Source: Candidatus Altiarchaeota archaeon
GTDB taxonomy: Archaea; Altiarchaeota; Altiarchaeia; IMC4; QMZM01
NCBI GenBank assembly: GCA_038891095.1
Contig: JAWAEV010000003.1
Coordinates: forward strand, 9,028-73,027
Direction of reading: 5' to 3'
DNA: 64,000 bases
Shown here: in pieces, positions 20,370-30,091 of the stretch
Position numbering within the stretch: position 1 is the first letter of the stretch
Layout of the letters: each line of letters begins with the position of its first letter
The notes under the pieces: model-generated
The model's input: only the letters and a program-made list of their open reading frames with translations
Told to the model about the DNA's origin: nothing
Database searches by the model: none
Made by a program: the position numbers and the translations under genes

Positions 20370-21824
20370 TCAACCATAACCTTTATAGTCACTACTATCA
20401 AAACCACTACCAATATCCTCTCTTTCAAGACCTTTCCATATAGAGCCATATCTTTCTTTTATTTGGTGCTCAATTGGTTTGCATTCAACAAGTGCTTTCT
20501 TTACATGCTCCTTTTCTATAAATTCTGACTTTTCTGAAATCGCTAAATCACCTGCTAATCTTATTAATCCTCCCAATTCTCTAAGCCTTAATGTCAGTGC
20601 ATCTTTAACTTTATCAATAAAAAAAGCTCTTCTTTTTGCTTCCTCTATGATTTCATTAACTGCTTCAATTTTTGCATGTGGTATCTTTCCATCAAGTAAA
20701 ATTTCTTGTGCTACAAATTGAGCTATTTTTTGTCTGTTTTTTTCATTATCCGGCATAGTAGTTTCAAGCAAAATTTCATACCCGTTACCAAGAATTCTTG
20801 AGCGTAGTGGATTTAGGATTTTTCCTATATCTTGAATGTTACATGCGCCAACAAAAATAAAATCACAAGGCACAAAGTCAACTCTAACACTAGCGCCAGC
20901 AGACATAGGATTTCTACCAACAATAGGAAAATTTTTATTTTGCATTGCTGTTAAAATGAAATTCTGTAATCCTGCCATATGTGGTAATTCATCAATGAAA
21001 AGAACGCCTTCATGAGCTTCATGAATTGCACCAGGAATAACTCTTAGATAAGCAGGAGTTCCAATTTCAGGATGAGAACCATAAGGATCATGCCTCACAT
21101 CACCTAAAAGCTCTGTTTCAGAAGCACCAGTTGCTTGAACAAATGGAAATCTATTTATAGGAACTAAAACTTTCATCAGCTTTTTTTCTTTTTTAGCTTT
21201 TAAATTTTCAATTGTTTTTTGATCAATAACTCTTATTTTATCGCCAACTCTTTGATAAATTAGAATTGTTTCATTGCCATTGCTATCAACCTTCAATGCA
21301 GCAACTTCTCTTTCAGGAATTTTGGTAGAAAAATCAAAAACATCAGTTATTATATCACTAAAAGGTGAAAATCCTTTTAAATTTGATCTTGAAAATTTTG
21401 TAGAATTACATTTTGGGCATAAATATTCATTAGGAGAACTTAAAGAACCACAATAATGGCATCTAAACCCAAGTTGTTCAGCAATTAATGGTGGAGCAGT
21501 AGACGGATTTATAAATTCACCAATAATCTCCTCTTTATTTTCTCTTTTCTCTATTTCCTCTCTTTTCACAATTTCTAAAATTGGCCTTTCTGGGTTTTCA
21601 GGATTATGCAAAACTCTTATCTCTTCATTTGGTTTTGGTAATTTCAATGCTAAAGCTTGAGCTAACATAGATTTACCTATACCTGGGGGTCCAACAAGCA
21701 AAAGGTGTCTCCTTTGTTTTATCGCTATTTTAACTTTCTCTACAGCTTTTTCCTGACCAATTATTCTATCTAATGGATCCTTTGGCACAGAAATTTCCTT
21801 TGTAGTTTCAATTCCATTCATCAA
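20370..21824 (-). CDS. LonB-like AAA+ ATPase lacking a protease domain, with a C4 zinc-ribbon insert
   Basis: 484 aa. Walker A GPPGIGKS, Walker B VLFIDEL and long near-identical blocks shared with the bona fide LonB at 51212-53149 (…SRILGNGYEI…KIAQFVAQE…). The CHYCGS…CPKCNS insert replaces LonB's TM insertion. The ORF ends right after the AAA lid, with no S16 protease domain. Confidence 0.7.
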   Translation of the reverse strand: MMNGIETTKEISVPKDPLDRIIGQEKAVEKVKIAIKQRRHLLLVGPPGIGKSMLAQALALKLPKPNEEIRVLHNPENPERPILEIVKREEIEKRENKEEIIGEFINPSTAPPLIAEQLGFRCHYCGSLSSPNEYLCPKCNSTKFSRSNLKGFSPFSDIITDVFDFSTKIPEREVAALKVDSNGNETILIYQRVGDKIRVIDQKTIENLKAKKEKKLMKVLVPINRFPFVQATGASETELLGDVRHDPYGSHPEIGTPAYLRVIPGAIHEAHEGVLFIDELPHMAGLQNFILTAMQNKNFPIVGRNPMSAGASVRVDFVPCDFIFVGACNIQDIGKILNPLRSRILGNGYEILLETTMPDNEKNRQKIAQFVAQEILLDGKIPHAKIEAVNEIIEEAKRRAFFIDKVKDALTLRLRELGGLIRLAGDLAISEKSEFIEKEHVKKALVECKPIEHQIKERYGSIWKGLEREDIGSGFDSSDYKGYG

Positions 21825-21830
21825 TATAAC

Positions 21831-23030
21831 TTATGTTCTTTCTGTTAAAATTTTGATTCCTTTTGGGTTTATAATGGCTGCTTTACTCAATCCAATTATG
21901 TACTTTACTTTACTTTCTGCTGCACTATCAATAAGTCTTTGTGTTATTATACCATCAAAAGCGACATATGTTGGTTGTATATCCCTAAGGCTGTTAATTA
22001 AATCTTTCGTTTCAATCTCAGTTATAAGTTCCTTTTCGTCATCATATAATGCTGCCATAAATTTACCCTTTACTGGTTTTAATAATTCTAACAAATTTTC
22101 TTCACTCTCATTAGTTCTACTTTCTATACTAAGTTCAATTTTCTCCTCTTCTTTTACATTTTCTAGTTTTTTAATTTCTTGGTACTCTTTCATCTGAGTT
22201 AGTGGAACTTTCCTTCTCAATGCCATTATAATCTCCTTTTTTCCAAGTTCTTCAACTTCTTTTCCTTTTGGAGCTCTTGCTACATAGTCTATTTCAGCAA
22301 CTTGTGCTAATTCCTTTAAAATAATCTCCCCACCACGATCACCATCTAAAAAGGCAATTGTTGTTTTTTCCTTTGAGAGTTCAGTTATTTCTTTTGGTAT
22401 ATTTGTACCGCCAATAGCAACAACATTTTTAATTCCTGCTTTCAACAAATTTAATACATCTGCTCTTCCTTCAACAAGTATCACAGATTCAACATTTTCT
22501 ATATCCGGACCAGCAGGTAAGCCTTTATATATTGAAATTTCTGATAATTGCACAGATTTTTTAACTTCTTCAGATAGTTTTTCACTTTCTGGAATTTCTT
22601 CTTCAAGCATCTTCTTTAATAACTCTTTAGCTCTTTCGACTATCTGCTTCCTTTTTGCAACTCTAGCATCCTCTATTTTATTGACTGTAATTTTAGCATT
22701 ACATGGGCCTACACGATCAACACTTTCAATAGCCGCAGCAATAATTGATGTTTCAACCATATCCAAACTTGATGGCACAATAATTGTTCCACTTGATTTT
22801 CCAACTTTTGCTTCTAATTCAACTTCAATTCTACCAACTCTTCCTGTCTTTTGCAATTCTCTAAGTTCTAAATCCTCACCTAATAAACCTTCAGATTGAC
22901 CAAATATGGCACCAACCACATCTGGCTTTTCAACTATTCCGTCAACCACTATATTTGCATAAATATTGTACTTTATAGTATCTGCTGGCGCTTTTGCCAT
23001 TTTAATCACCTCAAAATTTAGAAATAACAA
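21831..23030 (-). CDS. dnaG: Archaeal DNA primase DnaG (Toprim)
   Basis: …[23 protein letters not shown]… and Toprim …[13 protein letters not shown]…FLDGDRGGE. The true start may be the internal MAKAP (about 23000). Confidence 0.85.
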   Translation of the reverse strand: MLFLNFEVIKMAKAPADTIKYNIYANIVVDGIVEKPDVVGAIFGQSEGLLGEDLELRELQKTGRVGRIEVELEAKVGKSSGTIIVPSSLDMVETSIIAAAIESVDRVGPCNAKITVNKIEDARVAKRKQIVERAKELLKKMLEEEIPESEKLSEEVKKSVQLSEISIYKGLPAGPDIENVESVILVEGRADVLNLLKAGIKNVVAIGGTNIPKEITELSKEKTTIAFLDGDRGGEIILKELAQVAEIDYVARAPKGKEVEELGKKEIIMALRRKVPLTQMKEYQEIKKLENVKEEEKIELSIESRTNESEENLLELLKPVKGKFMAALYDDEKELITEIETKDLINSLRDIQPTYVAFDGIITQRLIDSAAESKVKYIIGLSKAAIINPKGIKILTERT

Positions 23031-23193
23031 AAATCAACACATCAGTCAAGATAACTAAAACTTACAAAATTTGAAGTAATACCCAAATCTAAAATACGAA
23101 CATGATATGATTCTTGACGATGAGATTGATTTTGTTATTTCAATAATATTCTTAAATTGAATGTTAATAAATCAAATAGAAATTTATATAAAA

Positions 23194-23209
23194 ATGTAGT
23201 GCCTAACTC
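23194..23209. repeat. 16-nt exact intergenic repeat ATGTAGTGCCTAACTC, copy 2
   Basis: Identical to 20287-20302 and preceded by TTTATATAAAA. Confidence 0.6.
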
Positions 23210-23252
23210 TAATTAAATAAAACTCACATTAGTTAAAAACCAATGTCATATA

Positions 23253-23408
23253 TTATGGCCCAATAAAACCACATTCATTGCATTTATACTTAACACCTAA
23301 AATTCTACATGAGTTGCATCTTATAAAATTTGTTTTTCCACAATTAGGGCATTTGAACTCAACATAATTTTTTACAATTCCTTTACCACATGTTGAACAA
23401 TTTATCAT
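23253..23408 (-). CDS. Small Zn-ribbon protein (4x CxxC), COG2888-like; below the 60-aa cutoff
   Basis: Hand translation gives MINCSTCGKGIVKNYVEFKCPNCGKTNFIRCNSCRILGVKYKCNECGFIGP (51 aa), with four CxxC pairs. It lies in an otherwise 448-nt 'intergenic' gap. Confidence 0.5.
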   Translation of the reverse strand: MINCSTCGKGIVKNYVEFKCPNCGKTNFIRCNSCRILGVKYKCNECGFIGP

Positions 23409-23478
23409 TTTATATGAATAAGGAATATATAGCTTTTAGTATTTAAATTAGATATACCATTAGGCTAATAAATGAAAA

Positions 23479-24000
23479 ATGACAGAAATTATAATAAAGA
23501 AAGGTAATATAATCCAAGAAAGAGTTGATGCAATTGTTAATCCTGCAAATTCCTATGGCTTTATGTCTGGAGGAGTCGCTTATGTTATAAAAAATTTTGG
23601 AGGTAAAGAAATCGAAGAGGAAGCTATCAAAAAAGCACCAATAAAAATTGGCGATGCAATTATAACAACTGCAGGAAAGCTTCAAGCAAAATTTATAATT
23701 CATGCTCCAACGATGGAAAAACCTGCAATGAAAACTTTAGTTGAAAATGTCATAAAAGCTACTTATGCTGCATTAAAATGCGCTGATAAGAATAAATTAA
23801 ATTCGATTGCATTTCCAGGCATGGGTACTGGTGTTGGTTGTGTTAGAGCTGAAGATGCAGCTATAGCAATGATATCAACAATAAGAAAATTTCTAAAAGA
23901 AAGAAAAGACACGACTTTGAAGAGAATTTTACTAATTGCCTATGAAAATAAATTATTTAATGAATTTGAAAAAGCATTAAGGAAAAATGAAGCAAATTGA
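23479..24000 (+). CDS. Macro-domain (ADP-ribose-binding / O-acetyl-ADP-ribose deacetylase-like) protein
   Basis: 173 aa with …VDAIVNPANS…GGVA… and …AFPGMGTGVG… macro-domain motifs. Confidence 0.8.
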   Translation: MTEIIIKKGNIIQERVDAIVNPANSYGFMSGGVAYVIKNFGGKEIEEEAIKKAPIKIGDAIITTAGKLQAKFIIHAPTMEKPAMKTLVENVIKATYAALKCADKNKLNSIAFPGMGTGVGCVRAEDAAIAMISTIRKFLKERKDTTLKRILLIAYENKLFNEFEKALRKNEAN

Positions 24001-25297
24001 AAACATAATTGAGCCAGGGAATATTGTTGAAGTTAAAACAAAAGATAGCATATACAAGGGTATAATAATGGAAAGACCAAAATTAGCTGAAGATAGTTTT
24101 TTAGTAATAAAATTAGAAAATGGTTATGATATTGGTCTAAGGAAAGAAGAAATTGAAGAAATAAAACTAATTGGTAAAGTTGTAAAAAAGGAAAAAAAGA
24201 AAAAAATTGAAATTACTGAGTCAGATTCTAAAAATATAAGAGTTGCAATAATATCTACAGGAGGTACAATTTCTTCAAGAGTTGACTACTATACAGGTGG
24301 AGTTTATGCAAGTTTCTCAGCAGAAGAACTTCTTGAAAGTTATCCTGAGCTAAGAAATTTTGCAAATATAAAAACAATTGATTTAATGCGAGTAATGTCA
24401 GAAGATATGAATCCAAAACTATGGATAAAGATAGCAGAAGCAGTTACAAATGAGTTGAGTTCAGATGATATAAAAGGAGTTGTAATTGCGCATGGTACTG
24501 ATACAATGCACTATACATCAGCAGCACTTTCTTTTATGCTTCAAGATATAGGCAAGCCAATTGCTCTTACTGGTAGCCAAAGATCTCCTGATAGAGGTTC
24601 AGCAGACGCATTCATAAATTTGCTTTGTAGTGTTATATGGGCTTCAAGTAAATATTCTAATGTAGCAGTTGTGATGCACGGTTCTATGGAAGATACTTTT
24701 TGTTTTGCTCACTTAGGAACAAAAGTCAGAAAAATGCACACATCAGCAAGAGATGCATTTCAATCAATAAATACTAAACCACTTGCTAAAATTTTTCCTA
24801 ATGGGAAAATTGAAGAAATTAGCGAAGATATAAAAAAGCGCTCTGATACAAAAATAAAATTAATGAAAGAAATTGAAGAAAGAGTTGCTTTAATAAAAAT
24901 TTATCCCGGGATAGACCCAGAAATAGTTAATTTCTATATAGAAAAAAAATTTAAAGGTATAGTCTTTGAAGGTACTGGCTTAGGACATTTACCAACAATA
25001 TTTAAAGAGAAAAGTTTTTTAGAATATATCAAAAAGGCAGTTGATTCTGGAATGAGCATAGCAATGACTTCACAATGTATTTATGGTAGAGTGAACCCCT
25101 ATGTTTACACCAATCTAAGAAAATTAAGTTCCATAGGTGTTATCTACTGTGAAGATATGCTTCCAGAAACGGCTTATGTAAAATTAATGTGGGTTCTCGG
25201 CCAAACAAAAGAGCAAGGGAAAGTCAAAGATTTAATGCTAAAAAATTTTGCAGGAGAAATTTCTGAAAGGAGTGTCATCAATAAAAAAGTTAGTTGA
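23987..25297 (+). CDS. gatD: Glu-tRNA(Gln) amidotransferase subunit D (asparaginase-like)
   Basis: 436 aa with an asparaginase-family …ISTGGTI… threonine motif and an N-terminal GatD-specific domain. Confidence 0.85.
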   Translation: MKQIENIIEPGNIVEVKTKDSIYKGIIMERPKLAEDSFLVIKLENGYDIGLRKEEIEEIKLIGKVVKKEKKKKIEITESDSKNIRVAIISTGGTISSRVDYYTGGVYASFSAEELLESYPELRNFANIKTIDLMRVMSEDMNPKLWIKIAEAVTNELSSDDIKGVVIAHGTDTMHYTSAALSFMLQDIGKPIALTGSQRSPDRGSADAFINLLCSVIWASSKYSNVAVVMHGSMEDTFCFAHLGTKVRKMHTSARDAFQSINTKPLAKIFPNGKIEEISEDIKKRSDTKIKLMKEIEERVALIKIYPGIDPEIVNFYIEKKFKGIVFEGTGLGHLPTIFKEKSFLEYIKKAVDSGMSIAMTSQCIYGRVNPYVYTNLRKLSSIGVIYCEDMLPETAYVKLMWVLGQTKEQGKVKDLMLKNFAGEISERSVINKKVS

Positions 25298-25347
25298 TAC
25301 TCTCCCAGTGAATCTAAAAATATAGAGCAGTCTTAAGAATCATAAAT

Positions 25348-26049
25348 TCAAACTGAAAATTCAATTTCTTTTTGCGTTTTACCAAAATCTGTTTCTATAA
25401 TCCTTCTTATTATACCTTCCCTTTTTGCTTTAATTCTTGCTTCTTTGAAATTATCTTTAAGGCCTTCTGGCACAATGAGTTTTTTTATAAAATAAATATG
25501 AGAAATTTTAACCTTATTAAATTTATCAAAACTCTCGACATCAAATGCTATTTCTTCAGAAACTTTACTTTGAGCATTGATCCCAAGCGTAGCATTAAAA
25601 AAATTTTCATCAAATTTTCCAGGTTTTGGTAAATTCTTTTTTGTTTTCATGGAAAATTCTTTATTATCAGATTTTAAATCAAAAAGAAAATAAGCATCAA
25701 AAAAGTTATCATAAAGTTTTAAGAGGTCATCTTTTAAATAAGAACCTTTGATTTCATAGCATTGGAGCCTAGATTTTTTTACTTTTATTATATCAACAAT
25801 TTCTCTCAGACTTTTTTCTATATCTGCCTTTGAGATAATCTTTCCAGAGCATTTGCATTGGTTTGAAAATTCTGAAATTATTCTACCAACAATATTAACA
25901 TAGTCAACACTTCCACTAAGCTTTATCTTCTTATTATCTTTTTCTATGAGAATAACTGGTCCAGGAAATTCTCCTCTCCCATATCTTATAAATTTTTCAT
26001 GGATACTCGCATTAAATTCCTTAAGAAAAATTGCTTTTATAAAGTGCAT
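25348..26049 (-). CDS. Hypothetical protein
   Basis: 233-aa ORF between gatD and top6A with a coding-like composition. No motif I can assign. Confidence 0.35.
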   Translation of the reverse strand: MHFIKAIFLKEFNASIHEKFIRYGRGEFPGPVILIEKDNKKIKLSGSVDYVNIVGRIISEFSNQCKCSGKIISKADIEKSLREIVDIIKVKKSRLQCYEIKGSYLKDDLLKLYDNFFDAYFLFDLKSDNKEFSMKTKKNLPKPGKFDENFFNATLGINAQSKVSEEIAFDVESFDKFNKVKISHIYFIKKLIVPEGLKDNFKEARIKAKREGIIRRIIETDFGKTQKEIEFSV

Positions 26050-26052
26050 TTT

Positions 26053-27141
26053 TTATGGCAACAAATCGCCAGCTTTGATTTTCTCTGGTAAGTATTTCTC
26101 AGAAACGAATTCTAATGACTTAGAAGCTAGAGCTTGTTGTTCAATTCTAACACCTTTTTCTTGCATTAACTTCAATTCTTTTTTCCATTCTTTGCTCTGA
26201 AACCAAGGATATTGCAACAATTCATTAATTCTTTTTTTATCAACATCCTTAAGTTTCTCAGTAACTTTTTCTAAGCCATATCTATCAATATCAGTCATTG
26301 TCATCCCAACAAATTTCATTCCTGGAGTACCAAGCCTCTTAGATTCATGTGCTAAAGCCATTGAACCAGCTTTCATTACAGAGTAGATATAAAAACCCCA
26401 AGGATCGCCATCTGTGAACATTATAACAGGTAATTTTAATTCATTATGCATTCTGTGCACAAGTCTCCTACAACCTCTTGCAGCTTGCCCTTTTGTTGCA
26501 ACCATAATACAATTATTCTTGAGATGATATTTTTCTTCAACGAGCCTGTCAAACATTGCACCAGTTTCTATAACTAAAATGTAGTCAGCTTCAACTTCCT
26601 TGAATTTATATTGTTCTACAATCGAAGGTATTGCTAAACCTGATCTGCCAAGTTTTGAGCAATCAATTCTATCACCAGAATCTTCAATTACGATCTTCCC
26701 TATAAGTGTTCCCTTATCATCTGCTTTTAAATGAAGTTCCTCTCTTAAAACTGAGAGCATTGTCTCTAAATCAACAATTAGCGGATCGCTTTCACTTTGG
26801 TCTTCAAATGTATTCTCTTTTGTGTCAGCAATTGTGTGTTTTAATTGATAATAAAGTTCTCTTATTGATGCTGTTTTATCTCTTGATATAAGCTCTTTGC
26901 ATTTGTTTGCAATTAAGATAGTCTGCATAAATTTCTTTGAGTGCGCAACATTTAGAAATGACCTAACAGATTTTTTATCACCAAGTTCAAGAATATTTTT
27001 CTCTTTATTAAAATGAACATTACTAAAACTTCTAACAGGAACATGCATCTTTGGGCTTTCATGCTTCTCTATATTCTCCCTTATATCCTTAGCTAAATTT
27101 AATATACTCTCTATTACTTCTTTACTTCTTTCATTTTTCAT
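26053..27141 (-). CDS. top6A: DNA topoisomerase VI subunit A (Spo11-like)
   Basis: 362 aa with Toprim …VIETGAMF… and a CAP-like domain. Overlaps top6B by 4 nt. Confidence 0.9.
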   Translation of the reverse strand: MKNERSKEVIESILNLAKDIRENIEKHESPKMHVPVRSFSNVHFNKEKNILELGDKKSVRSFLNVAHSKKFMQTILIANKCKELISRDKTASIRELYYQLKHTIADTKENTFEDQSESDPLIVDLETMLSVLREELHLKADDKGTLIGKIVIEDSGDRIDCSKLGRSGLAIPSIVEQYKFKEVEADYILVIETGAMFDRLVEEKYHLKNNCIMVATKGQAARGCRRLVHRMHNELKLPVIMFTDGDPWGFYIYSVMKAGSMALAHESKRLGTPGMKFVGMTMTDIDRYGLEKVTEKLKDVDKKRINELLQYPWFQSKEWKKELKLMQEKGVRIEQQALASKSLEFVSEKYLPEKIKAGDLLP

Positions 27142-28838
27142 TCTTCCAATACCCCCTCATCAACTTTTTCATATTCAACTTCTTCAGAGTCATATTCGTC
27201 CTCAAGCGGTAATTCTTCCTCAGATTTGGCTTCTTCTTCAGTTTCAAGAGCTTCTTCAAGTTTTAATTTTTCCTCAATTAATTTTTCTAATTCTGAAAGA
27301 AGTTTCTTTTCATCTGAGTTTGTAATTGATGCAATCGCATAAGCAAGTTCTGTGCTATATTTCATTAAAATTTGTTTTTTTGCTTCTTTTTCAAATGCTC
27401 TTCTCTTTCTTGAATAGAAAATCTGAAATTTTCTTCCTACATCCATTAATGCAGCTCTTAGTTCTTTAAGTATCTCTCTATCCTCTGCAATAGATTGTTT
27501 TCCTGCTGATGTATATGGCACATAAGTTGACACAATGTTAATAAATATCGTAATCGGAGAATTTTCAAAGTCTTTTATACCATATCTTTTCCAATCTATT
27601 GAATTTACAGCCTTTGTTATCACACAACCACCAGCATCAAATAGCAAAGGAGCCCTGTTTGCAAATCTCATTATCTCACTTTTTCTTCCAGTTTCACTTT
27701 CATTTGATGCTTTACCAGCATGGCCGCCATAGGCAATTGCAACCTCAACTTGAAATGCAACTCCTCCTGAATGAGTTTTTGGCGGTCTTGTAATAACTGC
27801 CTCAAACTCAGGATCAAGGATATTAAGTAAAGAGTTCCTTATATGTTCTTCATCAATTGTTATCAAGCCTTCAGTTGGTGGGGCTAAAAATTTAATCTTC
27901 TTGAATGCATTCACTATTTCTTCACATTCTTGCCATGTTAATCTTTGAGGACTTTTGTTTAGGTCAAAACTAACAAGGCTTTGCACTTCTCTTACTTTTG
28001 CATTTGAAATTCTTGAGAATGAGTTAACTAAGAATGACGAAACTCTTCTCGCGTTTGTTCTCTTAGCCATGTTTATTAGATCGTCAACGCCAATACCATT
28101 AGGGTGCGGTTTAACATCAATAGGTGTTTTTGGAATTTTATCTGAAGATCTCTCAAAAACTGTTTTTCTACCTTCAGGATCAATAAAGGTTATTCTAGCA
28201 TGAGGATTTGCTAATGCCGTCCTTCTCAAATATTCGAAAGGACCATTTTCAGTAAGTTTAAATTTTACCCCCTTTACTTCACCTTGAATTTCTGTCCCAC
28301 GCCAATATTGAGAAAACTCATTCTGTGAAACTATTTCTGGTTTATTCTTTGTTACATCTATCATAATCTCAAATTCATGAACTTTTCCATTACCTGTAGA
28401 AGTTCTAACAAATAATGGTTTACCAGTTGTAATTTGTGAGAATAATGTCACTCCAGAAACACCAATTCCTTGTTGGCCTCTTAATTGTATATTCCTATGA
28501 AATTTAGTTCCTGCCAACATCTTACCAAAGACATCTGCAATGTGTTTCATTGGAATTCCTGGACCATTGTCTTTCCCAATAAATTTATAGTGCTCTTCAC
28601 CAAGCTCTTTAATTTCAAATTCAATATCTGGCAAAATTCCTGCTTCTTCGGCTGCATCTAAGGAATTTGTTACGATTTCATGAACAATTGTAGTTAATGA
28701 TCTTACTTGGCCAGAATAGCCAAGATGTGCCTTATTCTTTCTAAAAAATTCAGTTATTGAAACCTCTTTGAATTCTCTGAATAGTTCATCAGCTGTTTTT
28801 TCTTTTAGTGCAACTTCCATTTTTGCTAAAAATACCAA
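27138..28838 (-). CDS. top6B: DNA topoisomerase VI subunit B (GHKL ATPase)
   Basis: 566 aa with Bergerat-fold motifs (…NSLDA…, …DNGPGIP…, …GQQGIGVSG…) and an acidic C-terminal tail. Confidence 0.9.
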   Translation of the reverse strand: MVFLAKMEVALKEKTADELFREFKEVSITEFFRKNKAHLGYSGQVRSLTTIVHEIVTNSLDAAEEAGILPDIEFEIKELGEEHYKFIGKDNGPGIPMKHIADVFGKMLAGTKFHRNIQLRGQQGIGVSGVTLFSQITTGKPLFVRTSTGNGKVHEFEIMIDVTKNKPEIVSQNEFSQYWRGTEIQGEVKGVKFKLTENGPFEYLRRTALANPHARITFIDPEGRKTVFERSSDKIPKTPIDVKPHPNGIGVDDLINMAKRTNARRVSSFLVNSFSRISNAKVREVQSLVSFDLNKSPQRLTWQECEEIVNAFKKIKFLAPPTEGLITIDEEHIRNSLLNILDPEFEAVITRPPKTHSGGVAFQVEVAIAYGGHAGKASNESETGRKSEIMRFANRAPLLFDAGGCVITKAVNSIDWKRYGIKDFENSPITIFINIVSTYVPYTSAGKQSIAEDREILKELRAALMDVGRKFQIFYSRKRRAFEKEAKKQILMKYSTELAYAIASITNSDEKKLLSELEKLIEEKLKLEEALETEEEAKSEEELPLEDEYDSEEVEYEKVDEGVLEE

Positions 28839-28932
28839 GAACCAACCAATTCTCAGATATTAAAACAAAATTACGTATCTCTGAGAACAAAAATTTCACA
28901 TTAGATAATAATTAATACTCCAAATTAAAATA

Positions 28933-29445
28933 CTAAATTATAACTTCTCTTTTAAATCTCAATTTCTTTTCTAAAAATTTATAAACAGATCTATGAGAAG
29001 CACCATTTAGTAGCTTTATAATAGCCTCTTTTGCAATTTCTGCATCTTCATATCTTCCAATGATACTTATTGTTTTCCCATAGATTGAAATGTAAGTGTC
29101 TGTAGATTCTTCAATTTTCTCTCTTGCTCTTCCGTGTTCGCCTATAACACGGGCTTTTTTTCTTATCAGCTCTTTTTCAGTATTCGCGAAATCTTTTAAC
29201 CTTATAATTTCAAAACTGTAATTTTCATCTAAAAGTTTTAGTGCTTTTTCAGGGCTAAAACCACGAGCAATAGCTTTAACAATATCCTTAGCAATCCACT
29301 CATCCATCGGTTGGCCTTCAATTGAAACCTCGCAATTATCTACTTTAATTTTAGTCCTTGTTTTTCTTTCAATCTCTCTTTTTATAGAACCATTTTCTCC
29401 TAATAAAATCCCTACCCTTTCCTCTGGAATTTTTATGTATTGCAT
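28933..29445 (-). CDS. KH-domain RNA-binding protein (aDim2/Pno1-like)
   Basis: 170 aa with two KH GxxG loops (GENGSI, GEHGRA). Confidence 0.65.
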   Translation of the reverse strand: MQYIKIPEERVGILLGENGSIKREIERKTRTKIKVDNCEVSIEGQPMDEWIAKDIVKAIARGFSPEKALKLLDENYSFEIIRLKDFANTEKELIRKKARVIGEHGRAREKIEESTDTYISIYGKTISIIGRYEDAEIAKEAIIKLLNGASHRSVYKFLEKKLRFKREVII

Positions 29446-29494
29446 CTTTTAAGATTTTGTATTCTATAAAGAAATTTAATTAATTAATGTTCTC

Positions 29495-30085
29495 CTAGCG
29501 TTTTAATTTTAAAATAATCAAGAAAACTAATATGATAAAAAACCCTAAACCTAGAATGGTTAAATATTTTTCTATCTCTTTCATAGGTGTTATACAATCA
29601 TGGGGACAATTTTGATAATTCTCGTTTTTATCGCAAATCCCATCTCCGCATTTCTCTAAAGAAAAATTTGAAATGTCTATTGAAATAATCAGAGCACCGG
29701 TTTGATTATAAATGTTTATTTTTTTTCCATTTGAAAAGTAAGGGACGATTAGCGTGAAATTTACTTTTTCCAGCTCGATTACACCACCAGAGAGTTCTCC
29801 TGTTTTTTTATCTAAATAATCATAAAACCATTTCATAGGTAAATTAAATTTAAAAGAATACAACTCTTTATCATCGAAAGATATTACTTCACATCTATAG
29901 CCCAAGTCAGGCTGTATTTTTCTCCCTGGCGGATAGCCACTTTTAACATACACATCATTAACTAAAGAAATAACTCCTCTTTCGTATTTTAGATTTACAA
30001 CATAAATTTTTCCAATATCTGCACCAACAAATGACAATATCACTAAAAACAAAATTAAATTTGTAATTATTTTTGTACTTTTCAT
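29495..30085 (-). CDS. Secreted/membrane-anchored hypothetical protein (signal peptide, Cys-rich module, C-terminal TM)
   Basis: Hydrophobic N-terminus, CGDGICDKNENYQNCPHDC module and a C-terminal TM helix. Confidence 0.4.
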   Translation of the reverse strand: MKSTKIITNLILFLVILSFVGADIGKIYVVNLKYERGVISLVNDVYVKSGYPPGRKIQPDLGYRCEVISFDDKELYSFKFNLPMKWFYDYLDKKTGELSGGVIELEKVNFTLIVPYFSNGKKINIYNQTGALIISIDISNFSLEKCGDGICDKNENYQNCPHDCITPMKEIEKYLTILGLGFFIILVFLIILKLKR

Positions 30086-30091
30086 TTTTAA

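Noticed and set aside
23443-23703. 86-aa minus-strand ORF overlapping the start of the macro-domain gene
   Set aside because: Cys/Phe-rich nonsense-like sequence antisense to a well-supported gene. The 51-aa Zn-ribbon ORF just upstream (23253-23408) is the better explanation of coding potential in this gap.
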